A stretch of 64,000 nt of DNA from Sulfurospirillum sp. (GCA_045047115.1 JASFYR010000013.1:1-64000), one strand, 5' to 3'. Shown: positions 36,782 to 48,629, counted from the first letter of the stretch. Notes: generated from the letters alone by a model not told the origin. Program-made: numbers and translations.

Positions 36782-39700
36782 AATTAAAAATGCAGAATAC
36801 TCTAAAGATAATCGGCCTTTACCCTATTGTTATACTTTTTATATTTTCATCATATTTTTTATACCTATCATACAATCAATACAATAAAGCTGTCTTTATA
36901 GAAAAAAAACTTGATAGTACCGGGGTCTTGGAAAACTTGTCAAGTGCAATAGCGAAGGAGCGTGGACTAAGCTCTGCATTCATTGCCAGCAATGGCCATA
37001 TCGCCAAGAATGCACTTACCAAACAGAGAGAACTTGTAAATAAAAGTATGAGAAAATTTTATAATTTTTACAAAAATCGAGAATCAAGTCAAAAAATCAA
37101 AACAATAATAAATCAGTTAAACAAGATAGGTACAATAAGAAAAAAAATCGACTCATTAAAAGATATAGATTATGACAAAATATTTTTTTCCTACTATTCA
37201 CAAATCAATAAAAATATCCTCTCAGAACTGAAAACACTTAAAAATATCGTGACAAATACTGAAATAATATCTCTGAGTTCTTCTTTGATTGCAACTATAA
37301 GTGATGCGGAATACAACGGTCAAGAGAGAGGTTTTGTAGCAAAAATCATCAGTGAATATGTTCCTTTCAGTCAAAAAGATATGAAAATTTGGCTGTCAAT
37401 TTCCGGCGAAACAAACACATTCAATATTGATCAGTTAAAAGATCCTGTGGCAAAAAGGAGAGTACAAAGTCTCTACAACTCAAGGCAATCAAAAAAAATA
37501 TTAAATGAGGTATTAGATGCCAGAACTGATTTGTTGCTAGCATCACAAAGCGGTGAATACCTAATAGACCCTACTTTATGGTTTGCCCTTATGACAAAAA
37601 AAATTACACTCTTGCAAAAAAGTTCAAAATATATACAAAGCTCTCTTCTAGAAGCTGTGAAAACTTACAAGAATCAAAATATCGGACAACTTATATCAGC
37701 AGGCATCACATGGCTTGCTTCAATTGTTTTTATGTTCATGGGAATAATGCTCTCTAGACAGTTTAAAAAGAATATCAGTGGACTAGAGGGTGTCTTTAAA
37801 AAAGTTGAAGAATTAGCTGAAGCAAAAGAGGATGTTGATTTCAGTACTTCTGATGGAATGTCCAAAGCATATGAAATTATTGACCAAGCGATTGATAATA
37901 TCGCCAAAGAGAAAGATGCAGCAAAAGAAGCCAGTGCAGCAAAAAGCATATTTCTGGCAAACATGTCACACGAGATAAGAACTCCTCTTAACGGAATTAT
38001 TGGCTTTACAGAATTATTAAAAGGTACTGATTTAGACGATGAAAAGAGAGAGTTTGTAGATATAATAGAAAAAAGTTCTGAAAACCTGCTTTCTATCATA
38101 AACAACATTCTAGACTTGTCAAAGGTAGAAAGCAACAAAGTAGAAATAGACGATATACTCTTTGCTCCAATCGAAGAATTTGAAAATGCAATTGAGGTTT
38201 ATGGTCCTAAAGCTGCAGAGAAAGGCATACATCTCTCAGCCTACATTGATCCAAATTTGAACAAATATATCAAAGGAGATATCACAAAGATAAAAGAAGT
38301 TCTCATAAACCTTTTAAGCAATGCTGTAAAATTTACTCCTGACAATGGCTACATCACAACAGGGATCAAAAGAATAGAGGGTGCGGACAAAGGAAAAATA
38401 AAAATTTATTTTAGCGTTCAGGATACCGGAATCGGAATTGAAAAAGAGAAACTAAAAGATATATTTAGCGCCTTTTCTCAAGCTGACTCAACCATCACAA
38501 GAAAATTTGGAGGAACAGGTCTCGGACTGACAATTTCATCAAAATATATAGAGATGATGGGTGGAACTTTAGCACTAGAAAGCGAGATTGGAAAAGGCTC
38601 AAAATTTTACTTTACACTCGAGTTTAATGAATCAACTTCAAGTAGCGAAGACTACATGGGATCATTTAGTGAATTTAGCTGTGCTGTGTTATCTTCTGCG
38701 CAAACACCAAAGCCACATAGTCAATTTATCTATAACTATTTTCACTATTTTGGTGCCGATGTAAAATTTTATAATGACTTTGGGGGGTTAAAAAATCTAA
38801 TATACAGATCAGGCTGCAATATAATAGTTGCGGATTATGAAGACTTAAGTAAAGACGAAATAGAAGAATATAGAAAAATAAAACTTCCTATCATCATCAT
38901 ACTTAAAGCCTCACAGCAATCAAAATTTGACTCGTTAAAATCAAAATATATAACACCTATATATGAACCTATAAACATGACAAAAATTATAAGAATTTTA
39001 AAAGCTGGAAGAGAATTTTTACCATCGAAAGAAATCCCAAAAATACAACCAAAAACAATCTCTACATTTGGCAAAAAATTTAATGCCAATGTTCTTATTG
39101 CAGAAGACAATGAAATCAACCAAAAACTTATAAGAAGAACTTTGGAGGATTTAGGTCTGAAAATTACTATCGCGACAAATGGACTAGAAGCACTCGAGAA
39201 AAGAAAAACCAATAACTATGATTTGATTTTTATGGATATAGCAATGCCTGTTATGGACGGTGTTATCTCAACCCAGGAAATCATAAAATATGAAGAGCAA
39301 AAGAGCATTCCACATATCCCAATAATTGCGATAACTGCGAATGCGCTCAAAGGCGATCGGGAAAGATTTATGAAAGAGGGACTGGATGAATACATAACCA
39401 AGCCAATAAAAAAAGACAGTATCTTAAATGTTTTAAATATGTTTATCCCAAATAAAATTGATTTTGAAGATGGTGAAAACCACGATGAAACTATCATCAA
39501 AAAGATAGATGATGAAAAGAATAAAGAAGAAGAGGAAACTACAGAAATTGAAAAGAAAAATATACTGATTTTTAAAAAAAGCCCAATCGAAACAAAGATA
39601 TTCTCTAGTATAATTTCCAAGATGCAAAATGATGTTAACATAGCTAAAAATATCGAAGATTTTAAAGAAAAAATAGAAAATAATTTTTATAAACTAATCA

Positions 39701-39915
39701 TTTTTGATCAAGAGATTTCCGGATTAGATACGGATGAAGTAGCAAAACTGATAAAAAAATCAAACAAAAAATACGATATAGGAAAAACAAAAATAATTCT
39801 GTTTGTTGATTCTTCATCAACTATTTCAGAGGCACAAGAGCAACTTTTTGATACAGTAATATCAAATTCAATAAATAAAAATGATCTTGATACTATTATT
39901 AAAGAAAATATATAG
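36778..39915 (+). CDS. Hybrid sensor histidine kinase with periplasmic NIT domain
   Basis: NIT-like KERGLS and [23 protein letters not shown]1/F/G2 boxes; REC with FMDIAMP plus two degenerate REC-like domains. Confidence 0.9.
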   Translation: MKLKMQNTLKIIGLYPIVILFIFSSYFLYLSYNQYNKAVFIEKKLDSTGVLENLSSAIAKERGLSSAFIASNGHIAKNALTKQRELVNKSMRKFYNFYKNRESSQKIKTIINQLNKIGTIRKKIDSLKDIDYDKIFFSYYSQINKNILSELKTLKNIVTNTEIISLSSSLIATISDAEYNGQERGFVAKIISEYVPFSQKDMKIWLSISGETNTFNIDQLKDPVAKRRVQSLYNSRQSKKILNEVLDARTDLLLASQSGEYLIDPTLWFALMTKKITLLQKSSKYIQSSLLEAVKTYKNQNIGQLISAGITWLASIVFMFMGIMLSRQFKKNISGLEGVFKKVEELAEAKEDVDFSTSDGMSKAYEIIDQAIDNIAKEKDAAKEASAAKSIFLANMSHEIRTPLNGIIGFTELLKGTDLDDEKREFVDIIEKSSENLLSIINNILDLSKVESNKVEIDDILFAPIEEFENAIEVYGPKAAEKGIHLSAYIDPNLNKYIKGDITKIKEVLINLLSNAVKFTPDNGYITTGIKRIEGADKGKIKIYFSVQDTGIGIEKEKLKDIFSAFSQADSTITRKFGGTGLGLTISSKYIEMMGGTLALESEIGKGSKFYFTLEFNESTSSSEDYMGSFSEFSCAVLSSAQTPKPHSQFIYNYFHYFGADVKFYNDFGGLKNLIYRSGCNIIVADYEDLSKDEIEEYRKIKLPIIIILKASQQSKFDSLKSKYITPIYEPINMTKIIRILKAGREFLPSKEIPKIQPKTISTFGKKFNANVLIAEDNEINQKLIRRTLEDLGLKITIATNGLEALEKRKTNNYDLIFMDIAMPVMDGVISTQEIIKYEEQKSIPHIPIIAITANALKGDRERFMKEGLDEYITKPIKKDSILNVLNMFIPNKIDFEDGENHDETIIKKIDDEKNKEEEETTEIEKKNILIFKKSPIETKIFSSIISKMQNDVNIAKNIEDFKEKIENNFYKLIIFDQEISGLDTDEVAKLIKKSNKKYDIGKTKIILFVDSSSTISEAQEQLFDTVISNSINKNDLDTIIKENI

Positions 39916-39964
39916 ATGAAGGATTGTAAAGCTACAATTAAAAAAGAAAAAAGGCTGACAAAGA

Positions 39965-40345
39965 ATGGATAAAAAACTTAAATTACTAGCTGTTGATGAT
40001 GATTTTATCAATTTAAAATTGATTCATTCTATGTTAAAAAACAATCCTGATATAATTGAGGTCATAGAGGCTAAAGACGGGCTGGATGCTCTAAATAAAA
40101 TCAAAGATATAGACGATATAGACATTATTCTTTTAGATCTCAAAATGCCCGTCATGGACGGCATAGAGTTTATGGAAAATATCTCATTAATTCCAGGAAA
40201 AAGGAATATTCCAATCATAATACTTACTACAGATGAAACAATGAAACACAAGGCATTTGATAGCGGAGCATTTGATTTTTTAGTAAAACCAATCAGAGAA
40301 CAAGCATTGTATGAAAAAATCGCAAAAGTTAAAAGTTTACTCTAG
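39965..40345 (+). CDS. Single-domain response regulator
   Basis: VDDD, LLDLKMP, ILT and KP motifs. Confidence 0.93.
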   Translation: MDKKLKLLAVDDDFINLKLIHSMLKNNPDIIEVIEAKDGLDALNKIKDIDDIDIILLDLKMPVMDGIEFMENISLIPGKRNIPIIILTTDETMKHKAFDSGAFDFLVKPIREQALYEKIAKVKSLL

Positions 40346-40348
40346 AAC

Positions 40349-40957
40349 CTATATAACTTTTGAAATTTTTTCATAAAGAGAGATTATATCCTCTCTTTTT
40401 TCTATAAAACTGTTTTTGTTTGCTATCAAATATGCTGAAGACTCCATAATAGTCTCTACAACTTTCAAACCATTTTGTTTCATAGTTGCACCAGTTTCTA
40501 CAATATCAACAATAGCATCACTGAGTCCCACTAAAGGTGCAAGTTCAATCGAGCCATACAGTTTTATAATTTTTACTCCCATGGCCTTGTTTGAAAAGTA
40601 TTTTTGTGCGATATTTGACATCTTTGTAGCAATCTTGATCTCAGGAAGCGAATAGTCAATCTTTTTATCATTTTGAACTCCTACACAAACCTTACATTTT
40701 CCTATACCCAAATCTAACAATCTGACAAGTTCCTCTTCTTTCTCTTCCAAGACATCAAGCCCAACGACACCAATGTCCGCAGCCTGATGTAAAACATATG
40801 AGGGAACATCTTGATTTCTAACCAGCAAAAATTTAAATCCACCAGTTTCCAATATTAACTTTCTATCTTCAAAAACAAATTTTTTACTAAAAATCTCTTC
40901 AAATATATCTAAAGTCTCTTTTGCAATTCTTCCTTTTGGCAATGCCACACTTAACAT
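40349..40957 (-). CDS. hisG: ATP phosphoribosyltransferase (short form)
   Basis: VALPKGR, ADIGVVGLDVLEE, GSIELAP and DIVETGAT motifs. Confidence 0.96.
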   Translation of the reverse strand: MLSVALPKGRIAKETLDIFEEIFSKKFVFEDRKLILETGGFKFLLVRNQDVPSYVLHQAADIGVVGLDVLEEKEEELVRLLDLGIGKCKVCVGVQNDKKIDYSLPEIKIATKMSNIAQKYFSNKAMGVKIIKLYGSIELAPLVGLSDAIVDIVETGATMKQNGLKVVETIMESSAYLIANKNSFIEKREDIISLYEKISKVI

Positions 40958-41571
40958 AAATACTCCTGTATTGCTTTTTTCATACCTCTAAATATCAGCG
41001 TTCTATCATATATGGAATTCTCAAAATACTTAGAGAAAAATTTTCCATCTCCCCCCGTAAAATAAATCATTTTATCCTTACAGGAATCTTTTAAAATCAT
41101 CAATATAGGTTTTATCGCCCCGTAGGAGAGTGCATCAACTGTTTTTTGAGGTAGTGCATCCAAATCGATATTTGGCTTTAATCTCAAATCCAATTTTTCT
41201 GAAATTCCGGCAAAACATTTCTCATAAGCAGCAAGACCGGGCAGTATATAACCACCCAAATGCAATTTATTTGACATTATATCAACCGTTATGGCACTAC
41301 CTGCATCCACTATCATGCCATCTCTAATCGCAGTACATGCGGCGATTCTATCTATACCCATACCTTGATATATCGTGTCGAAATTAAAATATGATGCTAT
41401 GTCTATAAAATATGAACTGTTTTTTAATCTATTTGAGATTTTTTCATTTACACTGATATAATAAACCTTCTCTTTTGGCTTATAGTTTTGAAATTCGGAA
41501 TGATTCATACTCCAAATCTTACCGTCATGAAAAAAATCAATACTATGATTTCCTATATCACAAAGTATCAT
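40951..41571 (-). CDS. coaX: Type III pantothenate kinase
   Basis: CDIGN, GIDR, VDAGSAITVD, GGYILPG and FTGGDG motifs. Confidence 0.93.
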   Translation of the reverse strand: MILCDIGNHSIDFFHDGKIWSMNHSEFQNYKPKEKVYYISVNEKISNRLKNSSYFIDIASYFNFDTIYQGMGIDRIAACTAIRDGMIVDAGSAITVDIMSNKLHLGGYILPGLAAYEKCFAGISEKLDLRLKPNIDLDALPQKTVDALSYGAIKPILMILKDSCKDKMIYFTGGDGKFFSKYFENSIYDRTLIFRGMKKAIQEYLC

Positions 41572-41935
41572 CTTTTACCTCTACAATCTTCCAGCCTTCT
41601 TCTTTTAGAAAAGAGCTTGCTTTTGAGCATAATGGCGAAGAGATCACTAAAAGCTTATTTTTATAAGCGTGTTTTTCCAGCTCTTCGAGTCTTCTACATA
41701 GTTGCACTATTTCACTTGCATTTTTTTTTAAAAATCTACTCTTTTGTCTAATAAAAAATATAGAAATATAGTATCTTTTTTCTGTTACTCCAGAAAATAT
41801 CTGTATCTTTTTTCTGGTATTTAACAGTGTTAAATCAACCTTTTTTAAAGCATGAAGCACTAAATTTTTTGTATTTAAAAGATCCACTATCGTTTTAAAA
41901 ATATCACCTTCAAGGTTAAACTTATCGCCAATCAA
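41558..41935 (-). CDS. Conserved hypothetical protein
   Basis: Fills the operon gap and overlaps the coaX start. TTG 41935 chosen to avoid overlap with the upstream gene; start uncertain. Confidence 0.65.
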   Translation of the reverse strand: MIGDKFNLEGDIFKTIVDLLNTKNLVLHALKKVDLTLLNTRKKIQIFSGVTEKRYYISIFFIRQKSRFLKKNASEIVQLCRRLEELEKHAYKNKLLVISSPLCSKASSFLKEEGWKIVEVKDDTL

Positions 41936-41936
41936 C

Positions 41937-42947
41937 CTATCTCTTCTTTGAGAGTTTAAAATACCTGTTTTGATAATAAAGCGCATTTTTTGTAAAGTAT
42001 AAAAATGAATCAATATTATCCGGCATTTTATATATATTGGTCGAAATCAAATCTACATCAGTGGCTATCAAATATCCTCCTCTCTCTATCATATAAACAA
42101 AGTTTCCATAGATAGCTCCGGCAAAAACCGCAAAAGGAAATTTTCTTCTTTTTAAAACTTTCAAGTCATCATTGCATAATATAACAGAGCCATCTTTTGT
42201 AAATACAAAAATTCTGTTTTTAAGAACAACAACATCTTTTACATCTTCATCAAGCATTGCAAAAGATTTTGGACTTATTGATATAACCCTTTTTTTAGTG
42301 GCAGCTACCAAGCGATTACCCAAAACCCCAAGATATATTATGTTTCCAAAGAACTTCTCATTACTCACAACCACACTTTTAATTACTTTGGCACTTTTGG
42401 CATCTACAATCAAAAGTTTTCCATCAAGTGTAGGATATATAATCAAACTATTTAAAAAATAAGGTGCTGCAATCCTTGAATCAACCGCATATACAGAATC
42501 ACCTTGTAAATCCAAGATATATTTATCCCTTTTCATATCAAGAAGTATGATTCTGTTTGATGCCAGTACTATAGCTATTTTTGAATTTTTAATACTTGCA
42601 GAGGCAACATCTTCATCAAACTTTTTTTTGAAAATTATTTTGGATTTATCATTTAAAACTATCAGCTCTCCACACTTGGATGTAGCAAGATATTTTCCGT
42701 TATCATCTCCCAAAAATGAAAAACCCATCGGTAACTTTATTTCCTGCAGACCTTGACTTGTGATAATTTGTCCGTTTTCCAGAGTTGCACCACCTCTTGT
42801 AACATCAACTATACTGCCAGGAAGTGTTCCGTCATAACTGATAGCATATGAGACATTTTTGGGTTCAAAATAGTGCCTTTTGGTACCACAACCGGAAAAT
42901 ACTACAAGCGCAACCAATGAAAGAAATATTAAACTAAAGATTTTCAT
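41937..42947 (-). CDS. Lipoprotein with beta-propeller-like repeats (BamB/PQQ-like?)
   Basis: Lipobox FSGC; short beta repeats (AAPYF..IIYPTLDGKLLIVD, FVFTKDGSV). Confidence 0.7.
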   Translation of the reverse strand: MKIFSLIFLSLVALVVFSGCGTKRHYFEPKNVSYAISYDGTLPGSIVDVTRGGATLENGQIITSQGLQEIKLPMGFSFLGDDNGKYLATSKCGELIVLNDKSKIIFKKKFDEDVASASIKNSKIAIVLASNRIILLDMKRDKYILDLQGDSVYAVDSRIAAPYFLNSLIIYPTLDGKLLIVDAKSAKVIKSVVVSNEKFFGNIIYLGVLGNRLVAATKKRVISISPKSFAMLDEDVKDVVVLKNRIFVFTKDGSVILCNDDLKVLKRRKFPFAVFAGAIYGNFVYMIERGGYLIATDVDLISTNIYKMPDNIDSFLYFTKNALYYQNRYFKLSKKR

Positions 42948-43528
42948 TTTGTTTTACCTTGATAATGCTCTAGATTCTTGACTATTTTAGACAAAGGTGA
43001 ATTTGGATCAATCTGTGCAAATTTGAGTTTTGCTTCAGTAATTTTTCCATTCTTTAACAGATCAAAACCCTCTTCAAGAAGTGAAAAGCCTTTTAGCAGT
43101 TTACTATTTACAACTTTTGAATTTTTCAGTTGTGCTATTTGATACAAAGACAAATCAGATAAAAGCTCACTGTCTTTATCTTTCGATAAAGTTTCAAGTT
43201 TTTCTATATTGTTTGTTTTTATTGCCTCTTTAAAGAGAAAAACCTTATAAAGGCTGGGATTTTTATCTTTTAATGTTGCAAGTGCATCTTTGTTGTTTGG
43301 GGCTTTACTCAGTGTTTCATAGGCTTCATTTGATATTCTAAGATTTCTATCTTTTAAGATACCATATCCCGTATATCCGATAGCAAACAAAATGATAGCA
43401 ACAACAGATACTTGAATCTGCCTTTTATACTTCTTGTAAAACCTCTCACCCTTAATAATACTCTCTAAGAATTGCTCTTCTGCTCCTATTTCTTCTTTGA
43501 TGCTGTTTATATTTTCTTTTAAACTCAA
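42944..43528 (-). CDS. Membrane-anchored TPR-like protein (YfgM-like)
   Basis: Single TM after a short acidic cytoplasmic segment, then helical repeats. Confidence 0.65.
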   Translation of the reverse strand: MSLKENINSIKEEIGAEEQFLESIIKGERFYKKYKRQIQVSVVAIILFAIGYTGYGILKDRNLRISNEAYETLSKAPNNKDALATLKDKNPSLYKVFLFKEAIKTNNIEKLETLSKDKDSELLSDLSLYQIAQLKNSKVVNSKLLKGFSLLEEGFDLLKNGKITEAKLKFAQIDPNSPLSKIVKNLEHYQGKTK

Positions 43529-43660
43529 ACTTATTCCTTTAAAACTAGACTTTTATCTTTAAGCATATTAATTAAGACGGTATTTTATCATATTATATAT
43601 AAATTATCTCTTTGTATCAATTTTTTTGATATAATACCAAAAAATTTGAGGATTAGCCAT

Positions 43661-43951
43661 ATGCAAATAAATGATAAACTTTTAATAAAGCTAGAAAAAC
43701 TATCTGCCTTGCAAATAGATAGTAACAAGCGAGAAGATGCGATAACAGAGCTAAACAAAATCGTCGGGTTTGTCGAAATTCTAAATGAACTGGACTTGAG
43801 TAATGAAAAAGCAACTTTTACAACACTCAAGGGAGGAACTCCTTTTCGAGAGGATAGTCCTTGTGTAAATGATGAGATCATTGAGACTGTCTTAAAAAAT
43901 TCACCAAAAAGTGAAAGTAGGTATTTTGTTGTACCAAAAATTATAGAATAG
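43661..43951 (+). CDS. gatC: Asp/Glu-tRNA amidotransferase subunit C
   Basis: LEKLSAL, REDS and YFVVPKIIE motifs; RBS GAGGA before ATG 43661. Confidence 0.95.
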   Translation: MQINDKLLIKLEKLSALQIDSNKREDAITELNKIVGFVEILNELDLSNEKATFTTLKGGTPFREDSPCVNDEIIETVLKNSPKSESRYFVVPKIIE

Positions 43952-43963
43952 AAAGGGCATAAG

Positions 43964-45022
43964 ATGAATATCAAAGCGCTCCTCAAAAATGTTGTAAATT
44001 ATAAAGCCTCTGACTTGCATATAGTAAGCAGAAGTGAACCTCAAATCAGGATAGACGGAGCACTTGTGCCTTTGGATATGGATAAACTTGATGGCGTAAC
44101 CATAGAAGAGATGTGCTATACACTTCTTAGCGACAAACAGAAAAAAGCACTCGAAGAAGACAGAGAGCTTGACTTTGCTATTGAATTTCCCGACATCGGT
44201 CGTTTTCGTGCAAACTACTACTACACTATGAATGGTGAACTCGCAGCTGCTTTTAGGATAATACCCATGGATATTCCCTCTCTTGATGACCTTAAATGCC
44301 CGCCTATATTTAAAGATTTGATTCTAAGAGAAAAAGGTCTTATACTGGTAACAGGCCCTACGGGAAGTGGTAAATCTACAACACTGGCTGCACTCTTAAA
44401 TGAAATAAACTTAAAAGAAAACAAACATATAATAACCGTAGAGGACCCAGTTGAATTTGTTCATTTAAATAAAAAATCTCTTTTTTCGCATAGAAATGTA
44501 GGAACAGATACCAAAAGTTTTGCACAGGGACTTAAATTCTCACTTCGTGAAGACCCGGATATTATTCTGGTTGGCGAACTTCGAGATAAGGAGACTATCA
44601 GCACAGCTATCACCGCAGCTGAAACAGGACATTTGGTTTTTGCTACAATTCATACAAACTCAGCAGTTCAAACAGTCAACAGGATAGTTGACAGTTTTGA
44701 AGGTGCAGAACAGGTTCAGGTCAGAAATATGCTCTCTACTTCACTCTATGCTGTGATTTCGCAGGCACTGTTACCAAGAATTGGCAGCGGAAGGGTTGCT
44801 GTACATGAGATATTAATCAACAACGCAGCTATATCAAATCTCATCAGAGAGAACAAATTACACCAAATCTACTCTCAAATGCAGTTAAATCAACAAAAAA
44901 CAGGAATGATAACCCAAACACAATCTATGATTAAAAATTTAAGGGCAAAAATCATATCCAAAGACAATGCCATAAGGTTTTCAACACAACCGCAGGAGCT
45001 TATGAATAGTATTGGTATTTAA
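43964..45022 (+). CDS. pilT: PilT-family retraction ATPase
   Basis: ASDLH, GPTGSGKST, EDPVE, REDPD..LVGE, ETGH..T.HT and AISNLIRE motifs. Confidence 0.92.
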   Translation: MNIKALLKNVVNYKASDLHIVSRSEPQIRIDGALVPLDMDKLDGVTIEEMCYTLLSDKQKKALEEDRELDFAIEFPDIGRFRANYYYTMNGELAAAFRIIPMDIPSLDDLKCPPIFKDLILREKGLILVTGPTGSGKSTTLAALLNEINLKENKHIITVEDPVEFVHLNKKSLFSHRNVGTDTKSFAQGLKFSLREDPDIILVGELRDKETISTAITAAETGHLVFATIHTNSAVQTVNRIVDSFEGAEQVQVRNMLSTSLYAVISQALLPRIGSGRVAVHEILINNAAISNLIRENKLHQIYSQMQLNQQKTGMITQTQSMIKNLRAKIISKDNAIRFSTQPQELMNSIGI

Positions 45023-45087
45023 TATTTTAACTGTTTCACAGTAAAATTAGGATATACTCTAGTTTATATTTTTATAGGAAACACAAA

Positions 45088-46032
45088 ATGAACAAAAATG
45101 AACAGATTGCAGGGAAAATTGAAGAAATTGGAAATGAGACATTTACAAAATTAAAAAATCTGCAAATTCCTCCTTATCCGAAATATTATCACGATACTTT
45201 CATGGACATCTTAACAGATCCTGCCAACAAAGATGTTTTGGACTTATCTAAAAAATACAATTATCTTTTTTCTACCAGTGATATGGATCCAATCCTGCAG
45301 GACAGCTGTTTTCATATAACAAAAGAGAGTGTGTTAGAGTTTGAAAACTCAAATACGGCTTTAAAAAATATTTCCAATGAAAATATTATTGATATTGACA
45401 AAATAAGAAAAGAACCAAGCAATATAGATGCAAAAAAGATACTCCTCAGCTTTGACAGTTTCCAGAGACAAATAACAAAAGAGCTAGATAATGGAGATAG
45501 AACTATTGCCAGATTAAAACTGGAAATTGAAAAATTAGAGAGAGAATCAAACATAGATCCGCTTACAAAGACATATAACAGAAGAGTTTTAATAAAAGAC
45601 TTGGAAGACATACTCGACATAGGCAAAGATAGGAATCTTGATATGCAAATTGTTATGTTTGATGCAGATGATTTCAAAAACATAAATGATACTTTTGGTC
45701 ATATAGCAGGTGATAAAACTCTGATTTACATAACAAAACTTATACAAAATTCTGTTAGAAAAGGTATAAGAATTTATAGATACGGAGGGGAAGAATTTAT
45801 AATAATCCTCAACCGCACAGAAGAAGAAGACGGCATAAAAGTAGCGCAAAGAATCATAAAAAATGCAGATGAAAGCAAACTTCTGTATAAGGGAAACACT
45901 ATACACTTAACACTCAGTGCCGGTATCTCAAAGCATATAAAAGGCGACACAGCAGAGTCCATAATAAACAGAGCAGACAACGCTCTATATATCGCAAAAA
46001 AAGCAGGCAAAAACTGCTGTAAAATAGGTTAG
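45088..46032 (+). CDS. Soluble diguanylate cyclase
   Basis: DPLT..YNR, DDFK.IND.FGH..GD and YGGEEF motifs; coiled-coil N-terminus. Confidence 0.92.
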   Translation: MNKNEQIAGKIEEIGNETFTKLKNLQIPPYPKYYHDTFMDILTDPANKDVLDLSKKYNYLFSTSDMDPILQDSCFHITKESVLEFENSNTALKNISNENIIDIDKIRKEPSNIDAKKILLSFDSFQRQITKELDNGDRTIARLKLEIEKLERESNIDPLTKTYNRRVLIKDLEDILDIGKDRNLDMQIVMFDADDFKNINDTFGHIAGDKTLIYITKLIQNSVRKGIRIYRYGGEEFIIILNRTEEEDGIKVAQRIIKNADESKLLYKGNTIHLTLSAGISKHIKGDTAESIINRADNALYIAKKAGKNCCKIG

Positions 46033-46038
46033 ATTTTT

Positions 46039-46581
46039 ATGGGAAATATTTCACTTTTTGATATCATATCTCTTTCACTGATTTTGATTCTAGGAATCAA
46101 GGGCATTATAAATGGTTTTATTAAAGAAGTTTTTGGTTTGATAGGAATCGTAGGAGGTATCTTTTTAGCTTCAAGATATGCCGTGGGAGCGGGAGTTTTC
46201 ATACAAAACAATTTTTATAATTTTGAAAATAAAGCATCGCTGTACTTGATAGGATTTATAGCTGTACTTATCTCATTTTGGATACTTAGTATTTTTTTGG
46301 GGTTCATAATTGCAAGACTCCTTAAAATAAGTGGGCTTGGTGGGCTTGATAAACTGCTGGGCTTTTTTGTCGGTAGCCTAAAGATTTTTTTGGTATTTTC
46401 AATCCTTGCTATTGCTCTGTCAAACATAGCCTTTATAAAATCCAGAACCGACAAATATATGAACAAAAGTTTTATGTATCCAATTTTTATAGAAACTGGG
46501 AGATATATTGTCAAATTAGACACAAAGCGTATCGTAGAAAAAGTTGTATCTACAAAAGACAACAATTCATCAAAACTATAG
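46039..46581 (+). CDS. cvpA: CvpA family membrane protein
   Basis: DII..GI.NGFIKE and GLGGLDKLLG motifs; directly before fur. Confidence 0.88.
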   Translation: MGNISLFDIISLSLILILGIKGIINGFIKEVFGLIGIVGGIFLASRYAVGAGVFIQNNFYNFENKASLYLIGFIAVLISFWILSIFLGFIIARLLKISGLGGLDKLLGFFVGSLKIFLVFSILAIALSNIAFIKSRTDKYMNKSFMYPIFIETGRYIVKLDTKRIVEKVVSTKDNNSSKL

Positions 46582-46599
46582 CTCAAGGGATTTACTAAG

Positions 46600-47070
46600 A
46601 TGTCTTTTTTAGAAAATATCGAATATGATAATTTAATTGAAGAATTCAAAACAGTTCTTAAAAAAAACGCACTAAAATTTACAAAACAAAGAGAGATAAT
46701 CCTTCAGACACTCTATAATTTTCCAGGACACTTCTTGCCGGAGGAATTTTATCTTCTCATAAAAGAAAATAATCCAAAATCAAATATTGGAATAGCAACC
46801 ATATATAGAACTTTGAATCTTTTGGAAGACTCTGATATAGTAACAACAATCTCTTTTGGGAAAAATGGTAAAAAATATGAGCTTGCCAATAAACCTCATC
46901 ACGATCATATAATATGTAAAAATTGTGGTTTGATATTGGAATTCGAAGATAAAAATATAGAAAAAAGGCAAAATGATATAGCCATAAAAAATGGATTTAT
47001 TTTAACAAATCACATAATGCAACTTTATGGAATATGCCCAAAGTGCCAAAAAAAACAGAATAAAAAATAA
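46600..47070 (+). CDS. fur: Ferric uptake regulator
   Basis: [21 protein letters not shown] and CPKC motifs; cvpA-fur-lysS-glyA order. Confidence 0.93.
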   Translation: MSFLENIEYDNLIEEFKTVLKKNALKFTKQREIILQTLYNFPGHFLPEEFYLLIKENNPKSNIGIATIYRTLNLLEDSDIVTTISFGKNGKKYELANKPHHDHIICKNCGLILEFEDKNIEKRQNDIAIKNGFILTNHIMQLYGICPKCQKKQNKK

Positions 47071-47090
47071 CTAAACAAAAAGGTAAGAAA

Positions 47091-48596
47091 TTGGTATTTG
47101 AAAATCAATACGAACAACAAAGAATACAAAAATCTAACAATCTAAGAGATTTGGGGAAAAACCCATATAAACACAATATAAAAAAAGATACTTCAGCACA
47201 GGAGTTTTTAGAGAATTATAACTATTTAAAAGACGAAGAGATAAAAAGAGATGAAACAAAATCGCACACTCTTGCAGGTAGAATTAAATTTTTAAGACAC
47301 ATGGGTAAGGCAGCTTTCGCCAAGATAGAAGACGAAAGCGGACCGCTTCAAATCTACTTCAATAGAGATGAAATAGGAACAGAATGGTTCAAAGAGGCCA
47401 AAAAACTCATAGAAGTCGGGGATATCATATCTGTAAATGGCTTTCCATTTGTAACAAAAACAGGTGAATTATCCTTGCATGTAAAGAGTCTTGAGCTTGT
47501 GACAAAGTCTATAACGCCTCTGCCTGAGAAATTTCATGGGCTTACAGATATAGAATTAAGATACAGAAAAAGATATCTGGATATGATAATGAACTCTGAA
47601 GTGCGAGAAACTTTTAAATTAAGAAGTAAAGTTGTAAGTACCATCAGACACTTTTTTGAAAATAAAGGCTTCTTGGAAGTTGAAACTCCCATGATGCACC
47701 CTATAGCAGGTGGTGCAAACGCAAAGCCTTTTGTAACCTATCATAATGCTCTTGGAGTTGAAAGATTTTTAAGGATTGCGCCTGAACTATATCTAAAAAG
47801 ACTTGTAGTAGGTGGTTTTGAGTCAGTTTTCGAGATAAATAGAAACTTTAGAAACGAAGGTATGGATCTGACTCATAATCCGGAATTTACAATGATCGAG
47901 TTTTACTGGGCTTACCATAATTATCATGACCTTATGGATTTGACCGAGAAACTTTTTGATACTCTTTTGGAAAAATTAGAACTACCAAAACAGCTACAAT
48001 TTGGTAACATAACGATAGATTTTTCAAAACCTTTTAGAAAAATTTCATTTAAGAATTCTTTGATAGAGATTGGAGGAGTACCAAGTGATATACTCGAAAG
48101 TGCAGAAAAAATCATCGCATATCTAAAGAAAAAAGATATTGATGTAGAGAAAAATCTTCCACTCGGAAAACTATATGAAGAACTGTTTGATAATTTTGTA
48201 GAAGAAGAATTAATAAACCCTACTTATATCATAGACTACCCGATAGAGATTAGTCCCCTGGCTAGAAGAAATGAAGATAATCCGGACATTGCAGAGAGAT
48301 TTGAGCTTTTTATAGCTGGTCGGGAAATTGCAAATGGTTTCAATGAGCTAAATGACCCACTTGACCAATACGAGAGATTTTTAAAGCAAATAGAAGCAAA
48401 AAATGCAGGTGATGATGAAGCCTGTGAGATGGATGAAGACTATGTAAAAGCACTTGGCTATGGACTTCCACCAACCGCTGGTGAAGGTCTGGGTGTAGAT
48501 AGGCTAGTGATGCTTTTGGCAAATCAACAATCCATAAGAGATGTCATTCTCTTTCCGGCTATGAAGCCATTAAATTGTGAAATCAAAGAGAGTTGA
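47091..48596 (+). CDS. lysS: Lysine-tRNA ligase (class II)
   Basis: [20 protein letters not shown] and G.G.DRL motifs. Confidence 0.98.
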   Translation: MVFENQYEQQRIQKSNNLRDLGKNPYKHNIKKDTSAQEFLENYNYLKDEEIKRDETKSHTLAGRIKFLRHMGKAAFAKIEDESGPLQIYFNRDEIGTEWFKEAKKLIEVGDIISVNGFPFVTKTGELSLHVKSLELVTKSITPLPEKFHGLTDIELRYRKRYLDMIMNSEVRETFKLRSKVVSTIRHFFENKGFLEVETPMMHPIAGGANAKPFVTYHNALGVERFLRIAPELYLKRLVVGGFESVFEINRNFRNEGMDLTHNPEFTMIEFYWAYHNYHDLMDLTEKLFDTLLEKLELPKQLQFGNITIDFSKPFRKISFKNSLIEIGGVPSDILESAEKIIAYLKKKDIDVEKNLPLGKLYEELFDNFVEEELINPTYIIDYPIEISPLARRNEDNPDIAERFELFIAGREIANGFNELNDPLDQYERFLKQIEAKNAGDDEACEMDEDYVKALGYGLPPTAGEGLGVDRLVMLLANQQSIRDVILFPAMKPLNCEIKES

Positions 48597-48629
48597 CAAA
48601 ACAAAAAACACAAATTCTAAGGAGTAAAA

